This document shows, piece after piece, positions 59,958-64,000 of a DNA stretch of 64,000 bases; position 1 is the first letter of the stretch, and every line of letters begins with the position of its first letter. Under the pieces are notes generated by a model, which saw only the letters and a list, made by a program, of their open reading frames with translations, was not told where the DNA came from and made no database searches. Source of the stretch: an uncultured delta proteobacterium (lineage in GTDB: Bacteria; Desulfobacterota; Binatia; UBA9968); contig CAVSHR010000006.1 of assembly GCA_963727625.1 (NCBI GenBank), forward strand, positions 192,001 through 256,000, read 5' to 3'. The position numbers and the translations under genes are program-made.

Positions 59958-60806
59958 ATGGGTCGAAGACACCCCGACTGGATTAAAGTCAAAGCTCCCG
60001 GTAACCCGAACTATCTGCGCCTAAAGCGCATCCTGAGGGAGAAGAACCTGCACACGGTGTGTGAGGAGGCGCGCTGTCCGAACATCGGCGAGTGCTGGGG
60101 CAACAAAACCGCGACGTTTCTTATTCTCGGTGACACCTGCACGCGCGGCTGCCGCTTTTGCGCCATCGACAAAGGCAAACCGCTGGCGCTCGATCCCGCC
60201 GAGCCGCGTAATGTCGCGCTGGTCGTCAAAGATTTAGGCTTGGATCATATCGTTGTGACCTCGGTCAATCGCGACGATCTTCCTGACGGCGGCGCCGCGC
60301 ATTTCGCCAACACGGTGTTCTGGATCAAGAGTATGAACCCTGGAATCCGAGTCGAGTTGTTGATTCCCGATTTCGAGGGCGACTTGCAAGCAGTGGAGAC
60401 CGTCGTCAACTCGGGCATCGAGATTCTAAACCACAATATCGAAACCGTGCCGCGCCTCTACGGTAAGGTTCGCCCCGGCCACAGCTACGAATGCTCTTTG
60501 AATATTTTAAAAGAAGCGAAGAAACTGCGCGCAGACATGCTCACAAAGTCGGGCTTCATGCTCGGCGTCGGGGAGACCGGTGAGGAAGTGATGGCCACGC
60601 TCAACGACTTGCGCGAGAGGGACGTCGACATCGTCACCATCGGCCAGTACCTACAGCCCTCGAACCGCCAGTTGAAAGTCGAGCGCTACGTCGCCCCCGA
60701 AGAATTTAACGAATTCAAACTAGAGGCCGAAAAGCTCGGCTTTCGCCATGTCGAGTCGGGGCCGCTCGTGCGCAGCTCCTATCACGCCTGGAGCCATGTC
60801 GCTTGA
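59958..60806 (+). CDS. lipA: Lipoyl synthase
   Basis: CEEARCPNIGEC, CTRGCRFC, VRSSYHA. Confidence 0.96.
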   Translation: MGRRHPDWIKVKAPGNPNYLRLKRILREKNLHTVCEEARCPNIGECWGNKTATFLILGDTCTRGCRFCAIDKGKPLALDPAEPRNVALVVKDLGLDHIVVTSVNRDDLPDGGAAHFANTVFWIKSMNPGIRVELLIPDFEGDLQAVETVVNSGIEILNHNIETVPRLYGKVRPGHSYECSLNILKEAKKLRADMLTKSGFMLGVGETGEEVMATLNDLRERDVDIVTIGQYLQPSNRQLKVERYVAPEEFNEFKLEAEKLGFRHVESGPLVRSSYHAWSHVA

Positions 60807-60891
60807 GAGCGTGATCTCGCTCTCCGTTTCTACCGGTCTCCGTTCGACCGAATCACGATGCGGTTAGAGTCATATTTTTGAAATTGACTTC

Positions 60892-61648
60892 GTATTGGCT
60901 TGGCCCAGGAGCTCGAAACGGCGATGGCCATACGCACCGTAACGTACGCCTTCGGCGCCAGCGTGCAGGATGCCAACGCCTGTTTAGTGTTAAATTCCAA
61001 GAACACGCTCGAGGCGGTGAAGTTTATTAAGGCGCTGTTATCAAGAAGCCATGACGCCGGAAGTATTTACCTGGGACCCATCCTCGAACAATTGAGCCAT
61101 GCTCGCCGGCACGATCTCACTGGCGCTTAATGCGATTTCCATCACGCGAACCGGCGAAAAGGATAATCCGACGTTCACCGAAAAAATTCACCTTGCCAAA
61201 GCAGCCGCGGGCCCGGCGCGGCGCATCGGCGTCGAGCATGTGATGGGTGTCTGCGTCATCTGGAAATTCGCCGAAAACACCACCGGCGCGAAGAAATTTC
61301 TGGTCGACTACGTGGGCAATTTTCGCCAGGTATTCATCAATGGCGAATTTTATGATTTTCCGACCTTCCAACGCACCGGATCGGACTTGAACCACCTGCT
61401 CACCCAAGACGCTAAAGCCAAACCGGCTGACAAATACAAGGTTCTGGAGGACGTGCTGAACCGGGCCACCAACGTCGGCCGCCCCGGTTACGCCAACGAG
61501 GCTATCGACGAAGCCTACCAAAAATGGATCATCAACGCCATGTTGGCCAAAGTCGCGCAAGGAGTGCTAAGCCCCGAGGACGCAGTCAAAGAAGGAAATG
61601 GAATGCAAGCGCATCTGGGAGAAGTGGCGCGAGCGCAAGCTGCTTTAA
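60892..61648 (+). pseudogene. 5'-truncated, frameshifted carbohydrate-type ABC substrate-binding protein
   Basis: ..LNSKNTLEAVKFIKAL / YQEAMTPEVFTWDPSSNN*AMLAG..NAISITR..SPEDAVKE / ECKRIWEKWRERKLL*; two frameshifts, one stop, no 5' half. Confidence 0.7.
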
Positions 61649-62041
61649 ATCGGCAATCGAGCGCGATCACGTCATTCGCCGCCGCGCCAGCGTGCCGATC
61701 GCGATTCTGTAGAATTTTTTCGTCGATCGGTTTATCGCCGGCTTCACCCTGGGCGCGGTCAAGTAGTCGCCAATGCCCGGAGCCGCGCAACCCGGCAATG
61801 CGAGGTGGGTATGAAAGCATTACGACTGCGTTTATCGAACTTTCACGCGGAAAATTTAACGGCCATAACACGATTCTATCAACTCGTTGCGCTGCCGGCA
61901 CAGCGTTATCGCGGTGACTTGGCGCCTGCAATCCTAGCCGATACTGGCCACACTCAAGCGTTTTTACAATTCGAACGCCAATCCATTGCCAATCACGCTT
62001 TTGATTGACACCGGCTTCGTCGCTCAGTTACGCTCTTCATT

Positions 62042-63478
62042 ATGCAGAAAAGAGAGTTCATTCGCGGACTACGCGGCGTCCTCGGCGGCCCTTACGTGCT
62101 TGTCGAGAAAGAAGACGTCATCGTCTACGAACAGGATGGCTCGATCTTTCAAGTCATGCCGGAGATCGTCGTTTTGCCGGGCAATGTGGAGGAAATCGCC
62201 GCAGTCGTCAAGCTCGCCAAGCAGGCCGATGTCCCGATCGTGCCGCGCGGTTCGGGAACCGGACTCGCCGGAGGCGCGGTGCCCGCCGAGGGCGGCATCG
62301 TCCTATCACTGGCGCGGCTCAATCGCATCTTGAAAATCGATCTCGAAAACCAAATCGCCATCGTCGAGCCCGGAGTCATCAATATCGACATCTCCAAAGC
62401 AGTCGCCAAAGACGGTTTCTTTTATGCGCCGGACCCGAGCAGCCAAGCGGCTTGTTCGATCGGTGGCAACGTGGCGAACAATTCCGGCGGACCGCACACG
62501 CTGGCCTACGGCGTCACGACCAATCACGTCCTCGGCGTCGAGGTCGTGCTTGATGACGGTCAGATCGTTTGGCTCGGCGGCGAAACGCCCGATGCGCCCG
62601 GCTACGATCTCTGCGGCGTCTTCGTCGGCTCGGAAGGCACACTGGGTATCGTCACCAAAGTCATCGTGCGGCTGATGCGCGCGCGCGAGTCGGTGCGCAC
62701 GCTGCTGGCGATCTTCGACCAAATGGACAGCGCCACTCAAACCGTCGTCGACATCACCGCCGCGGGCATCATTCCAGCGGCGTTAGAAATGATGGACCGC
62801 ACGACGATCGAAGCCGTCGAGCGGGGCGCGCCGGCAGGCTTCCCGCGCGACGCCGAAGCGGTGCTGCTCGTCGAAGTCGAGGGATTAAACGAGCACACCG
62901 AGCGCTCCATTGTGTTGGCCGGAGCAATCTGCCGGCGCAACGGCGCGCGCGAAGTGAAACTCGCCAAGGATGAAGCCGAGCGCCAGCGCCTCTGGAAAGG
63001 CCGCAAAGGCGCCTTCGGCGCCATGGGCACTCTGGCGCCCAACTATTACGTCCAGGACGGCGTAGTGCCGCGCAGCCAATTGCCGGAAATGATGCGCCGT
63101 GTCGCCGCCATCAGTAAGCAATTCGATCTGCGCATCGCCAATGTATTTCACGCTGGCGACGGCAACCTGCATCCCAATATTTTGTTCGACATGCGCACAC
63201 CCGGCGAGCTCGATCGTGTCATCGAAGCCGGCGCCGCCACGTTGCGCGCCTGCATCGAGCTCGGCGGCAGCATCACCGGCGAGCACGGCGTCGGCCTGGA
63301 GAAAAAAGCGTACATCGGCTTGCAGTTCAATGCGGCCGATCTGGATGCGATGGCGCGGGTGCGGCGCGCGTTGGATCCCGACGGGCGCTTTAATCCGGCC
63401 AAGCTCTTTCCAACCCCGGTAGGCTGCGGCGAAATACGCTTGCAGCCGGCGGCAATCCCGGCGGGGTTGTGGGTCTAA
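62042..63478 (+). CDS. glcD: FAD-linked oxidase, glycolate oxidase subunit GlcD-like
   Basis: PRGSGTGLAGG, APDPSS, GSEGTLG, HAGDGNLH, GEHGVG. Confidence 0.9.
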   Translation: MQKREFIRGLRGVLGGPYVLVEKEDVIVYEQDGSIFQVMPEIVVLPGNVEEIAAVVKLAKQADVPIVPRGSGTGLAGGAVPAEGGIVLSLARLNRILKIDLENQIAIVEPGVINIDISKAVAKDGFFYAPDPSSQAACSIGGNVANNSGGPHTLAYGVTTNHVLGVEVVLDDGQIVWLGGETPDAPGYDLCGVFVGSEGTLGIVTKVIVRLMRARESVRTLLAIFDQMDSATQTVVDITAAGIIPAALEMMDRTTIEAVERGAPAGFPRDAEAVLLVEVEGLNEHTERSIVLAGAICRRNGAREVKLAKDEAERQRLWKGRKGAFGAMGTLAPNYYVQDGVVPRSQLPEMMRRVAAISKQFDLRIANVFHAGDGNLHPNILFDMRTPGELDRVIEAGAATLRACIELGGSITGEHGVGLEKKAYIGLQFNAADLDAMARVRRALDPDGRFNPAKLFPTPVGCGEIRLQPAAIPAGLWV

Positions 63479-63611
63479 AATACAGTTGCGAGTTTTGCGT
63501 CTCACGTCTTGCGTTCAATTTGAATCTCAATCCTCAAACTCCAACCCGAGACTCTGGACTCTAGACAAGATAGGCTAAAATCCGGTGCATGCAGAGAACG
63601 ACCAAGAAAAC

Positions 63612-64000
63612 GTGACACGACAGGAACCGGCGGCCCTCGATCTTCCCGAGCTCTACCAGTGCGTGCACTGCGGTCTCTGTTTAAATCAGTGTCCGACCTA
63701 TCGCGCCACGCGCCTCGAACCGGAGTCACCGCGCGGCCGGATCCATCTGGTCAAGGCTGTCGCCGACGGGCGGATCGAGCTCAACGAACGTTTCAAGGAG
63801 CACCTTTATCTCTGTCTTCTCTGCCGCGCCTGCGAGAGCGCTTGCCCGTCCGGCGTGCAGTACGGTCGCATCGCCGAGGCGGCGCGCGAGCAGCTCGGCC
63901 CGCCGGGCACGGAATTCGGCCGCGCGGTTTTGAGTTTCGTTTTTACCCAACTGCTTCCCTACCGGCGCCGCTTGCACTTTATCTTCGCGCTCCTGCGGGT
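63612..64000 (+). CDS. glcF: Glycolate oxidase Fe-S subunit GlcF-like (partial)
   Basis: CVHCGLCLNQCPTY..ESPRGRI..CLLCRACESACPSGV; runs off the window; alternative GTG start at 63585. Confidence 0.85.
   Translation, partial: MTRQEPAALDLPELYQCVHCGLCLNQCPTYRATRLEPESPRGRIHLVKAVADGRIELNERFKEHLYLCLLCRACESACPSGVQYGRIAEAAREQLGPPGTEFGRAVLSFVFTQLLPYRRRLHFIFALLR

Noticed and set aside
61093-61095. In-frame TGA in the carbohydrate SBP remnant as selenocysteine
   Set aside because: Not a redox motif; the gene is also truncated and frameshifted.

Overview
Bacterial chromosomal window, GC-rich. Gene style suggests a Deltaproteobacteria-like or Ca. Binatia lineage (inference only). The flanks are metabolic or housekeeping: a MASE1-CHASE-PAS sensor, putA, cnoX-like, folE, pepA, trxA, mreBCD-mrdA-rodA, ppiD, lipBA and glcD/F. 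The centre (about 19.0-44.0 kb) is unusual. It holds 11 paralogous ABC-type substrate-binding protein (SBP) genes with no permease or ATPase, nine of them in a tandem array at 19167-31612. Four unrelated cargo segments are interspersed: a retropepsin-like protease, a cupin pseudogene, a VapBC-type toxin-antitoxin pair and a UGA-containing peroxiredoxin. Each cargo is closed by an orphan, start-less copy of the SBP 3' end (..[14 protein letters not shown]), usually followed by a 7-nt-period inverted-repeat leader. This looks like a cassette array built on a conserved gene tail, with no recombinase visible. The array runs into a signalling island: histidine kinase, receiver, REC-nucleotide cyclase, MBL hydrolase, a cNMP-binding/DASS-transporter fusion and a sigma54 activator. 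A sigma54-type promoter lies at the head of the array. Three genes split in the ORF track are probable selenoproteins (one OsmC-like, two exported Prx-like), each with UGA at the catalytic Cys position and a downstream hairpin. A 16-aa Lys-rich sORF has its own strong promoter and terminator. All assignments are from motif recognition by eye; no database searches were run.
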